Assembly (NCBI GenBank): GCA_049424145.1
Contig: JBMSSC010000001.1
Coordinates: 16,017 to 80,016 of the forward strand
From: Bdellovibrionia bacterium
GTDB lineage: Bacteria > Bdellovibrionota > UBA1018
Length of the DNA: 64,000 bases
Reading direction: 5' to 3'
Shown: positions 1 to 7,988 of the stretch, in pieces
Layout: each line of letters starts with the position of its first letter
Numbering within the stretch: the first letter of the stretch is position 1
Notes under the pieces: model-generated
The model's database searches: none
Seen by the model: the letters and a program-made list of their open reading frames with translations, nothing else
Told to the model about the DNA's origin: nothing
Position numbers and translations under genes: made by a program

Positions 1-174
1 GACCTCAGTCCCCCGCTAGCCGAGTGCCTTTGTGTCAGGTGCCTGTGGGATGTTATTTTCATAACCTCTCGGAAGTCAGGCAGTGCTACTAGGTTCCGAC
101 TTGAGCTTTGATCAGAGCGTGGGTTTTCTCTGAGCTGGGATGCAACGAAACGGATTTTGAGTTAAAACCAAAAA

Positions 175-666
175 ATGAGCCGTCCTTCGTCGTCATCCGT
201 TCAACTGAAATGGCCTGTTTGGTACCTGCCCGGGGCACCCCTGGGTTCCGCCGTACGCTACGTGGCCTCCCTCTCGGGCGCCTTTCACTGGGTGGGCATT
301 TATATCCTCCGCTCAGGCGCACTGGAGTTGGGTCCTTTTCTGGGCGCAGCCACGGAGCACACCCGAATTCCTGTGGGAAAGGGGGTCTGCGGAACGGCCG
401 TGGCTGAGAACCGAAACCTCAATATTCCCCGAGTCTCGGAGTTTGGAAACTATTTGGCCTGCAGCGTTGAGACCCGCTCTGAGCTCGTGGTGTTGATTCG
501 AGACCGAAGAGGAAAAATTCTAGGTCAAATTGACATTGATAGTCACTGCGAGGATGCTTTCGGTGAGCGTGAACAGGCGGCCGTGGAGCAGGTGGCCCAG
601 GAGTTAGGCGAGTGGGTGTCTCAGGCTGAGTTTTTAAGGGCGCTTGAGACGGGAAAAAAAAGATAA
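175..666 (+). CDS. GAF-domain protein, free methionine-(R)-sulfoxide reductase (MsrC/YebR)-like
   Basis: 163-aa ORF. The motif block LELGPFLGAATEHTRIPVGKGVCGTAVAE...ELVVLI...ILGQIDIDS closely resembles the E. coli YebR/MsrC GAF fold (IPVGRGVCGTAVA...VLDIDS). An in-frame TAA at 163-165 prevents any extension upstream. Confidence 0.6.
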   Translation: MSRPSSSSVQLKWPVWYLPGAPLGSAVRYVASLSGAFHWVGIYILRSGALELGPFLGAATEHTRIPVGKGVCGTAVAENRNLNIPRVSEFGNYLACSVETRSELVVLIRDRRGKILGQIDIDSHCEDAFGEREQAAVEQVAQELGEWVSQAEFLRALETGKKR

Positions 667-715
667 CCTTGGACTCCGGTAGGGATTTTGGGCAACCTGA
701 ATTGAAAAAAGAACG

Positions 716-1273
716 ATGAGACAGGAGATGGAAGTTAATTCTATGGAAACAGCGCAGCCCTTCAATCGATGGAAGAATAAGTACGTCATTTTAATTGGAG
801 TTTTGCTCCTGGTGATTGCCTCAGATCAATGGACCAAGCAGATGATCTTGGAAAAATTTAAGCTAGGCGAAAGTCTTCCTCTGTTTCAGGGATACTTCGA
901 CCTGACTTATGTGCAGAACAAAGGCGCAGCGTTTGGGTTACTGGCTCAAGCAGATCCTGCATTTCGGGTTCCATTTTTTATGACCGTTCCTGTGATTGCT
1001 CTGGGGGCGATTGCTTCTGTTTTTAGGAAGCTGAAAGCAAGCGATGCTCAGTCGGCCTTCGCCTTGGCGTTAATTATTTCAGGTGCGATTGGAAACTTGG
1101 TGGATCGAATCCGTCTTGGGTTTGTGGTGGATTTTCTCGATTTTCATTGGGGATGGCAGTACCACTTTCCTGCGTTTAACATTGCCGACTCAGCCATCTG
1201 CATCGGTGTGGGATGGGTGATCTTTGACTTATCCCAGAATCCTGCCCCTGAATCTCACCAAAAAGGAACCTAA
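716..1273 (+). CDS. lspA: lipoprotein signal peptidase II
   Basis: Polytopic ~185-aa protein with LspA signatures (NKGAAFGLL, GNLVDRIRLGFVVDF, FNIADSAI). It lies immediately upstream of lgt. Confidence 0.85.
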   Translation: MRQEMEVNSMETAQPFNRWKNKYVILIGVLLLVIASDQWTKQMILEKFKLGESLPLFQGYFDLTYVQNKGAAFGLLAQADPAFRVPFFMTVPVIALGAIASVFRKLKASDAQSAFALALIISGAIGNLVDRIRLGFVVDFLDFHWGWQYHFPAFNIADSAICIGVGWVIFDLSQNPAPESHQKGT

Positions 1274-1277
1274 GCTC

Positions 1278-2093
1278 ATGTACCCCCTTCTTCTTCAATT
1301 GGGCCCGATCTCGATTCACACCTATGGATTTATGATTGCCGTGGGCTTTTTGGCCTCCATTCATGTGGCCAAGCGCCTGTCCATTCGCTCCCACTTGAAT
1401 GTGGATCAGGTTCTGGATCTGGCTTTTTATAATCTCATCGTGGGCTTATTGGGAGCTCGATTATTATTTGTCATCACTCGATTCAGTTACTTTGCCAATG
1501 CTCCTTTGGATATTTTTAAGATCTGGGAAGGCGGCCTGGTTTTTCTTGGAGGACCGCTTGCTGTTTTTCCATTCATGATCTTTTATGCCAAAAAGCATCG
1601 CCTAAATATCTGGAAGGTGATGGATGCCATGGCCCCTGGCCTTGCGTTAGGTCATGCCTTTGGTCGCTTTGGATGCCTGGCTGCTGGGTGTTGTTACGGG
1701 AAACCCACGGGAACTTCCTTTGGGATTCGTTTGAACTCGGAGCTGGTGGATCGCAGTCTTCATGGAGTGTTACTGCACCCCACTCAGTTGTATGAAGCGT
1801 TTTCACTTTTTTTGTTATCCGCAGGATTAGCCTATATTTTTAAGATCAAAAAATTTGACGGTCAGGTGGCCTTCTCCTATTTGCTGACCTATCCTGTGAT
1901 TCGAAGCGTGATTGAAGTGTTCCGCGGGGATCTGATTCGGGGTTTCATCATTGACGATGTGCTCTCCACCAGTCAGTTCATCTCACTTCTTGTTTTTTTA
2001 GGAGCAGCTGCTCTTCTGGTCTTTCGTCTGGGGCAGGTGAAAAACTCCTCTCGGAGTTCAAAAAAAATCGTTCAGCCCTCTTCTCAGGCTTAA
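1278..2093 (+). CDS. lgt: prolipoprotein diacylglyceryl transferase
   Basis: Lgt-like N-terminus (MYPLLLQLGPISIHTYGFMIAVGF) and G-rich motifs (LGARLLFVI, GGLVFLGGP, GRFGCLAAGCCYGKPT). I chose the ATG at 1278, 5 nt after the lspA stop, rather than the track start at 1224, which overlaps lspA. Confidence 0.85.
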   Translation: MYPLLLQLGPISIHTYGFMIAVGFLASIHVAKRLSIRSHLNVDQVLDLAFYNLIVGLLGARLLFVITRFSYFANAPLDIFKIWEGGLVFLGGPLAVFPFMIFYAKKHRLNIWKVMDAMAPGLALGHAFGRFGCLAAGCCYGKPTGTSFGIRLNSELVDRSLHGVLLHPTQLYEAFSLFLLSAGLAYIFKIKKFDGQVAFSYLLTYPVIRSVIEVFRGDLIRGFIIDDVLSTSQFISLLVFLGAAALLVFRLGQVKNSSRSSKKIVQPSSQA

Positions 2094-2096
2094 TGG

Positions 2097-3032
2097 ATGA
2101 TGAAGCCAAAAGAGTTGGTTCAAGGCAGGGGCAGTTGGGCTCAGAGAGCCTTTTTTTGGGGAGTGTGGGCCTGGGCTGTGCTGGGCTCATCGGGCAACGC
2201 TTGGGCACGATCCATTCTTGATGTAACGGGGACTCGAGTCTCCGTTTCGGATCACCCCCAGCGAGTGGTCACGTTGATCCCCTCCTTAGGGGAGCTTGCT
2301 GCGGAGCTACTGGGATCCGACTCCTCGCGGATCGTGGGAGTCAGTGCGTTTAGTGATACACCCGCATCGATTCAGTCCACCGAGCAAGTGGGGAGTTATC
2401 AGCGTTTGAACCTGGAGAAGATCGTGGCACTGAAGCCTGATCTGATTTTAGGGAGTCTTGAGGGAAACTCCACGGATCAAATCCTTCATCTGAGGGAGTT
2501 TTCCCTGCCCGTAGTGATGGTGCGGACTTCGAATTTTCATGAAGTGGCCGAATCCATTCGTCTGGTGGCCTTGGCCCTGGGGGAGCTGAAGCGGGGCGAG
2601 ATTGCGGTTCAGAAGTTTCAAAAGGGGCTTCAGGCAGTCAAAGCCCGCACCACCTTGAGCCCACCTAAAAGAGTGCTTCTTCAAGTGGGGGATGACCCCT
2701 TGGTGGTGGTGGGTGGGAAGTCGTTTTTAAACGATGCCATTGAGGCCGTGGGTGCTCAGAATGTTTATGGTGATTTGAGCCTAGGCTATCCCCGTCCTTC
2801 GCTTGAGGATGTTCTGTTGCGCAATCCGGAGGTGATTCTGGTTGCGGCTCTGGCAAAAGATCGTGGGGCCTATGTGAGGATGGTGGAGAAGTGGAGGCGC
2901 TTGCCCACACTCCAGGCGGTGCAAAAAAAGCAGGTCCTGCTCTTTGAGTCCGACGCACTGCTGAGACCCACGCTCCGAATGATCGAGGGTTTAGAGCAAC
3001 TCCGTCGGGCGATTGAAGGGGGGCACTTTTGA
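2097..3032 (+). CDS. ABC transporter periplasmic substrate-binding protein (BtuF/FecB-like, class III)
   Basis: Signal-peptide-like N-terminus. Two-lobed PBP-2-like sequence (VVTLIPSLGELAAEL, LKPDLILGS). Followed by a FecCD permease and an ATPase. Confidence 0.75.
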   Translation: MMKPKELVQGRGSWAQRAFFWGVWAWAVLGSSGNAWARSILDVTGTRVSVSDHPQRVVTLIPSLGELAAELLGSDSSRIVGVSAFSDTPASIQSTEQVGSYQRLNLEKIVALKPDLILGSLEGNSTDQILHLREFSLPVVMVRTSNFHEVAESIRLVALALGELKRGEIAVQKFQKGLQAVKARTTLSPPKRVLLQVGDDPLVVVGGKSFLNDAIEAVGAQNVYGDLSLGYPRPSLEDVLLRNPEVILVAALAKDRGAYVRMVEKWRRLPTLQAVQKKQVLLFESDALLRPTLRMIEGLEQLRRAIEGGHF

Positions 3033-4021
3033 CTTCCCCGACCTCTCAGGCTTTCCAGACTCACCGATGGCTAATGCCCAGTCTGGCTCTGTGGTTGGCC
3101 AGTGCGGTTGTGGCTTTATGTTTAGGCTCCCTTCCGCTTGAACAGTGGGGTTTAATCGAGCAGGTTCGCCTCCCTCGTGTCATCTTGGCTTCTTCTGTTG
3201 GGATCGGACTTTCCGTGGCAGGAGCAGCACTGCAGTCCCTCTTTGCAAACCCCCTGTGTGATCCCTATACGTTGGGAATTTCCTCGGGTGCTGCGTTTGG
3301 CTGTGTACTGGGGGCAGTCTTAGGTCTTCCGCTCGGGTTCAGCGGTGTGGTGGGATCGGCTTTTGTCGGGGCCATGAGCTTTGCTTTGATTCTGGTTTTG
3401 ATTTCCCTTCGGACTGAGCTGAAAAGCTCAACGCTCCTTTTGTGTGGAGTGATGCTTGGATTTTTAGGCACAAGTCTGGTGACACTGGGAGTGGTGTACG
3501 CTGAAGCGGCTGGCTTTTCCGGGGGGAATGGATTTTCCTCCGGGTTCTCATCGCTGATGGGTTGGATCTTTGGGGATCTTTCACGAGCCAGACTCTGGGA
3601 GTCGATGGGGTGTTTCATCGGGGTTCTTCTTTTTTCTGTATTGATTGGAGTGAAGGGGCCGGATTTGGATCGGTTGCTTTTGGGGGAAGAGCAGGCTGCC
3701 ACCCTTGGAGTGAGTGTCGGACGCCTAAGAACTCAGATCATTCTTCTGAGCTCAGTCCTTGTTGCGCTCTGTGTGAGTTCGGCTGGCGTGATTGGCTTTA
3801 TCGGGCTTGTGATCCCACATTTGGCGCGCCGAAAGGTGGGGTCGTTGCACCAACGGCTTCTTCCTCTTTGTGGAGTTTGGGGTGCAATTGCCTTAACCGC
3901 ATCAGACACACTGGCTCGGATAGTGATCAAACCCTATGAGCTCCCTGTGGGCGTGGTAACTACGCTTTTGGGGGTTCCCTTCTTTTTTTGGATTCTCCTG
4001 CAGCGGGGGAGTAAAGCATGA
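3029..4021 (+). CDS. ABC transporter permease, FecCD/BtuC family
   Basis: 330-aa polytopic protein with FecCD hallmarks (LCDPYTLGISSGAAFG, LLLGEEQAATLGVSV, IGFIGLVIPHLAR). It overlaps its neighbours by 4 nt (ATGA). Confidence 0.85.
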   Translation: MTSPTSQAFQTHRWLMPSLALWLASAVVALCLGSLPLEQWGLIEQVRLPRVILASSVGIGLSVAGAALQSLFANPLCDPYTLGISSGAAFGCVLGAVLGLPLGFSGVVGSAFVGAMSFALILVLISLRTELKSSTLLLCGVMLGFLGTSLVTLGVVYAEAAGFSGGNGFSSGFSSLMGWIFGDLSRARLWESMGCFIGVLLFSVLIGVKGPDLDRLLLGEEQAATLGVSVGRLRTQIILLSSVLVALCVSSAGVIGFIGLVIPHLARRKVGSLHQRLLPLCGVWGAIALTASDTLARIVIKPYELPVGVVTTLLGVPFFFWILLQRGSKA

Positions 4022-4830
4022 AGGCTCAGTTCCAAGTGCGGCAGTTTCGCTACGCCTTTTTGTCTCAGGCTCAATCGAGCTCAGCGTTCTCAAGTGGTCT
4101 GTCATTTGAGTTGCCCTCCTGCGCCATTACGGTTTTAGTGGGCCCCAATGGATCGGGTAAATCCACGCTCATGAAAGCAGTGGCTGGCCTCTTGCCCTTG
4201 CCTCCGCCTCACTGCTCGGCTCAGGTGGAGTTTCAGGGTGAGCATTTTTTAAACTTCTCGCCAGAAAAGCGCGCGCAAGTGGTTGCCTATGTCCCCTCTG
4301 AGATTCACACGGAGTTTCCTCTGACTGCTTATGAAGTGGTCTCCATGGGTCGTCTGTGTTGGCCGGTTCAGCGATTTTGGACTCAAGGCTCCTCTGAGGC
4401 CAGTCTCATTGCCCAAGCCATGCAGCGAGCTTTTTGTTGGGAACTTCGGGATCGAGACTTTTCCAGTCTCAGCGGAGGTGAAAAGCAGCGCGTGGCCATT
4501 GCCCGTGCTCTGGCCCAGCAGTCACCGGTTCTCTTTCTCGATGAAGCGCTGTCTCAGATGGATTTAAACCACCAGATGCAAGTGGGGGGGCTTTTAAGAG
4601 AGCTGGCCCAAAATGGGGCCAGTATTCTTTGGGTTTGTCATGATTTAAACCTTGCTTTGAGTTGGGCTCAGTTTGGGATTTTCTTAAAGGAAGGACGCCT
4701 CATTGCGCAGGGTCCTTTAGAGAGCAGTCTTCAAGTGTCCGTTTTAGAAACCCTCTACCCAGGAGTGCATTTTCGCTTGGGCAGGCACCCTGAGTCAGGA
4801 GCCCTTCAGGTGTTCACTGCAGCCCGTTAA
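4018..4830 (+). CDS. ABC transporter ATP-binding protein (iron-siderophore/cobalamin importer type)
   Basis: Walker A GPNGSGKSTL, ABC signature LSGGEKQRVAIARAL, Walker B LFLDEA, and an H-loop (CHD). Confidence 0.85.
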   Translation: MKAQFQVRQFRYAFLSQAQSSSAFSSGLSFELPSCAITVLVGPNGSGKSTLMKAVAGLLPLPPPHCSAQVEFQGEHFLNFSPEKRAQVVAYVPSEIHTEFPLTAYEVVSMGRLCWPVQRFWTQGSSEASLIAQAMQRAFCWELRDRDFSSLSGGEKQRVAIARALAQQSPVLFLDEALSQMDLNHQMQVGGLLRELAQNGASILWVCHDLNLALSWAQFGIFLKEGRLIAQGPLESSLQVSVLETLYPGVHFRLGRHPESGALQVFTAAR

Positions 4831-4886
4831 TCTGCGTCTGAGGAGCGAAGAGCGTGTCTTCCATTTTCACTTTTTTTAGGATCGGG

Positions 4887-5750
4887 TTAAAAGTAGATGG
4901 TCGCTCCTAAGTTATGGGAAAACGAAGCAATAGGAGCCGTGATGCGAGAGAAGCTGTAATCCAGCGCTAGTTTAGGGGCGATCCAGCCCAGGCCCACACC
5001 AAAGCCATCGCCTTTTTGAGTTTGAAAGGGAATCGTGGAGTTTTTAAAGGTTCCACCGCGCAAGAAAAAGTCTGAGAGCATGGGGAACTCAATTCCGGCC
5101 TGATACCCAAAAGTTTGAGGGGCGAGCGCTGGAATCCAGTGGGGATCCAGATAGAGGTTGACGATATCCATGACATTGATTTTCGTGCCCAGGATGAATT
5201 CCCGATACAGGCCAAACTCCGTTGCGGTCTCAAATAAGTTATCAATAATCAGAGCGCTTTGAATCCAGGAGGTAAAAATTCCACTGAACGAGAGGGTTGA
5301 GTCGGCCAACCGTCTGCCCGAATCATCGTTCGGGAAAATGAATTTTCCACCCAGCCCCACACCGTACTTTTGAGCTAAAGCCTTGGAGGCCCCAATGTGC
5401 AGGAAGTGCGCCTCTTGTTTGCGAGTAAATCCAACGCCGGCTTGGAAAATCTGCTCGGTGGTGGCATCCAAAACGGAAACGTTGAGCTGATGCCCGTAGA
5501 GATCTGTTGGGCCTTGGGGTGTGGGGATCACTCCTCCTGCAAAAGATAAATAATTGATTGATAAACTATGGACCTGATTGAACGAGCCGTAAGAGGGGTT
5601 CATGTAAATGGCATCACTTAACTGGGGAGCCGCATGCCCTGCGCCTCCTAGGGCGTCTGTTCTTGGGGAGTGAAAGTCGGTTGCTAGAGCACAGGGAGCC
5701 ATCCAGCTCAACCATCCAACGAGGATCATTTTCCTTATCGAGTGTTTCAT
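4887..5750 (-). CDS. outer-membrane beta-barrel protein (unassigned family)
   Basis: 287 aa with an N-terminal signal peptide (MILVGWLSWMAPCALA), alternating amphipathic beta-strand pattern, and a C-terminal aromatic residue (…GATIYF) typical of BAM substrates. Confidence 0.5.
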   Translation of the reverse strand: MKHSIRKMILVGWLSWMAPCALATDFHSPRTDALGGAGHAAPQLSDAIYMNPSYGSFNQVHSLSINYLSFAGGVIPTPQGPTDLYGHQLNVSVLDATTEQIFQAGVGFTRKQEAHFLHIGASKALAQKYGVGLGGKFIFPNDDSGRRLADSTLSFSGIFTSWIQSALIIDNLFETATEFGLYREFILGTKINVMDIVNLYLDPHWIPALAPQTFGYQAGIEFPMLSDFFLRGGTFKNSTIPFQTQKGDGFGVGLGWIAPKLALDYSFSRITAPIASFSHNLGATIYF

Positions 5751-5817
5751 ACGGAGTCTTTTGCTTTCAAGCGCTCGGCGTTAAACTTCTTTACAAGTCT
5801 TTCAAATCTCGTTAAAG

Positions 5818-6204
5818 ATGTCCCCGATTATGGAATTACGCAAGGAAAAGGTAGAAAATGTGAGAAAACAGCTGCTCAGCCGAAGAGAAGCCATTGCAGC
5901 TGAACTTCGTTTAGTCACCTCGCAGCTGATTAATGATGAATCCGTCTACACGGATGCTGTGGACCAAGCGGCGGCAGAGACCGATAAAAACTTTACTTTG
6001 CAGCTCAGGAATCGGGAACGCAAAGTGCTTTGGCAGATCGATGAAGCCATTAAACGATTGGACTCCGGTACTTTCGGTCAGTGTGAGCGATGTGAAGAGT
6101 CGATTTCCGAAGGTCGGATTGAGGCGTTTCCGTTCACTACTCTTTGCATTGATTGCAAAGCCGAGCTAGAGTCCGAGGAGCATCGGTTTCCGGGAAGAGC
6201 TTAA
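5818..6204 (+). CDS. DksA/TraR-family C4 zinc-finger transcription factor
   Basis: Coiled-coil region with a DxxDxA tip (DAVDQAA). C4 finger: CERCEESISEGRIEAFPFTTLCIDC. Confidence 0.8.
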   Translation: MSPIMELRKEKVENVRKQLLSRREAIAAELRLVTSQLINDESVYTDAVDQAAAETDKNFTLQLRNRERKVLWQIDEAIKRLDSGTFGQCERCEESISEGRIEAFPFTTLCIDCKAELESEEHRFPGRA

Positions 6205-6208
6205 CAGA

Positions 6209-6243
6209 CCCTCTCCTGAGAACTGAGTTCTGAAAGGAGAGAG
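6209..6243 (+). promoter_or_regulatory. stem-loop between the DksA-like gene and galU; its 3' arm contains the galU Shine-Dalgarno (aaggagag)
   Basis: ctctcct (6211-6217) pairs with aggagag (6235-6241). A second inner stem agaac/gttct lies between them. The ATG of galU is at 6247. There is no T-run, so this is not a canonical terminator. Confidence 0.35.
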
Positions 6244-6246
6244 AGA

Positions 6247-7152
6247 ATGTCAGCGCAGATGATTCGAAAAGCAGTGATTCCGGCAGCCGGGTGGGGCACC
6301 CGTTTTCTTCCTGCCACCAAGTCGATTCCCAAAGAGATGATTCCCATCATCGATGTTCCCATGATTCAGTACATCGTGGAGGAAGCCGTCCGAGCGGGGA
6401 TTCGCGAAGTGGTTTTGGTGACTTATCGGAATAAAGAAGCCATTGAAAATCACTTTGATTACCATCATGAACTCCAAGACCATTTGGATGAAAAAGAAAA
6501 AAAAGATTTAGCTGAAGTCTCACGTTCTTTAGGGCGTTTGTGTAATCTCATTGCCATCCGTCAAAAGCAGTCCCTAGGTTTGGGCCATGCGGTTCTTTGC
6601 GCTGAACCTGTGGTGGGCAAAGAGCCTTTTGCAGTATTGTTAGGGGATGATTTAGTGGATTCCCCAGTGCCGTGTATTGGTCAACTGATCGAAGTGGCTG
6701 AGCAGCAAAGGGCCTCCGTCGTGGGGGTAATGGAAGTGGATCCTTCGGAAGTGTTCAAGTATGGCATCGTGGGCGGACGATTCTTAAATCCCAGGCTCAT
6801 GGAGGTTAATCAGCTCGTTGAAAAGCCTGCCGTGGGTCAGGCTCCCTCTTGTTTGGCGATTCCTGGGCGTTATGTGCTTTCTCCTCAAATCTTTGAGTCT
6901 TTAAGAAAAACGAAGCCTGGAAAGTTGGGGGAAATTCAGCTGACCGATGCGCTTCAGCATGGAGTGGATGCTCAAGCCACAACGGGTGAGCGTTTATTGG
7001 CCTATCAGTTTGATGGGGTGAGATATGATACAGGGGATCGTCTTGGATACCTGGATGCCACTTTAGCGTTTGCGTTAAAACGGCCCGAGCTTGCCCAGGG
7101 CGTCAAAGAGCTGATGCGAAAACACTTAGAGCAGCAAGAAAGAGGACTGTAG
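6247..7152 (+). CDS. galU: UTP--glucose-1-phosphate uridylyltransferase
   Basis: N-terminal AVIPAAGWGTRFLPATKSIPKEMIPIIDVPMIQYIVEEA is diagnostic for GalU. The gene ends with TAG. Confidence 0.9.
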   Translation: MSAQMIRKAVIPAAGWGTRFLPATKSIPKEMIPIIDVPMIQYIVEEAVRAGIREVVLVTYRNKEAIENHFDYHHELQDHLDEKEKKDLAEVSRSLGRLCNLIAIRQKQSLGLGHAVLCAEPVVGKEPFAVLLGDDLVDSPVPCIGQLIEVAEQQRASVVGVMEVDPSEVFKYGIVGGRFLNPRLMEVNQLVEKPAVGQAPSCLAIPGRYVLSPQIFESLRKTKPGKLGEIQLTDALQHGVDAQATTGERLLAYQFDGVRYDTGDRLGYLDATLAFALKRPELAQGVKELMRKHLEQQERGL

Positions 7153-7153
7153 G

Positions 7154-7987
7154 ATGCAAGCCCGCGTGAATCGTTGGACGGATTGCCTGGGAATCGGGCT
7201 CTCTTTTTTCCTTTGGGCGGGCCTCAGCTCTTCTGCTTGGGCCTATCTTCCTCCTTCTCAGTATTTGGTTAAAAACTGGGTCAAGCAACATGCGGGAGCC
7301 AAGACGATTCGTCTGAAGACAAAAATTACTGGGCTTCGTGAAGACGGTAGCCCGTCGGCGGTGCACTTTTCTGCATGGACCCTTTATAGCACTGAGTCAA
7401 AAAAGCTGAAAAGCTGGGCTGTCACCGATTCGGGCTCTGAGCTGTATGCGGTGGAGAAAGACGTCAGTCACCTGAGTTTGCCTACGGTTTTATTTTTTGA
7501 ATCCGATCTGAAGCTTGTGATGCAGGCTTTAGCCGATAAGCAGATTCCCGTTCGCTCCGAATCCACTTTGTTGGAGTTCAAAACGGAAGAGGAGCGTCAG
7601 GCAGCTGAGCAGGAGTTTTTAGCTCGTTGGAACGGAGGGTTTGCTTGGGTGATTGGAAATCAAGAGTCCCGGGAGGAGGAGTCTCCTCAGCTTTGGATTC
7701 AAAAGGATTCGTTCTTGCCCGTTCGTCTTCGCTTTGAGGATCAGGCGTTTGAGGATGTTCAAATTTCAGGGTATCAACTGGTTCGCGATTTCATCTATCC
7801 CCGCTCGTTAACGCTAAAAAGCAAGTATTCCGGAGCTTCACTCCTTGAGGAAGTTCAGGAAATCAAAGTCAACCTGGATGCAGCCGCTTTGAAAAAAAAC
7901 TTAAAGCCAGGCTTCTCGGATCTGGGTCAAGCTCAACCCGGTGAGCTGAAGAAATTGATTCAGACTTACTATCAAGTTTTGAGGTAG
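7154..7987 (+). CDS. hypothetical secreted protein
   Basis: 277-aa ORF with a signal peptide (LSFFLWAGLSSSAWA), tightly packed between galU and priA. No family recognised. It ends with TAG. Confidence 0.5.
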   Translation: MQARVNRWTDCLGIGLSFFLWAGLSSSAWAYLPPSQYLVKNWVKQHAGAKTIRLKTKITGLREDGSPSAVHFSAWTLYSTESKKLKSWAVTDSGSELYAVEKDVSHLSLPTVLFFESDLKLVMQALADKQIPVRSESTLLEFKTEEERQAAEQEFLARWNGGFAWVIGNQESREEESPQLWIQKDSFLPVRLRFEDQAFEDVQISGYQLVRDFIYPRSLTLKSKYSGASLLEEVQEIKVNLDAAALKKNLKPGFSDLGQAQPGELKKLIQTYYQVLR

Positions 7988-7988
7988 T

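Noticed and set aside
3265-3702. 145-aa and 81-aa minus-strand ORFs inside the FecCD permease gene
   Set aside because: Pro/Ser/Lys-rich antisense artefacts of a GC-rich membrane-protein gene.
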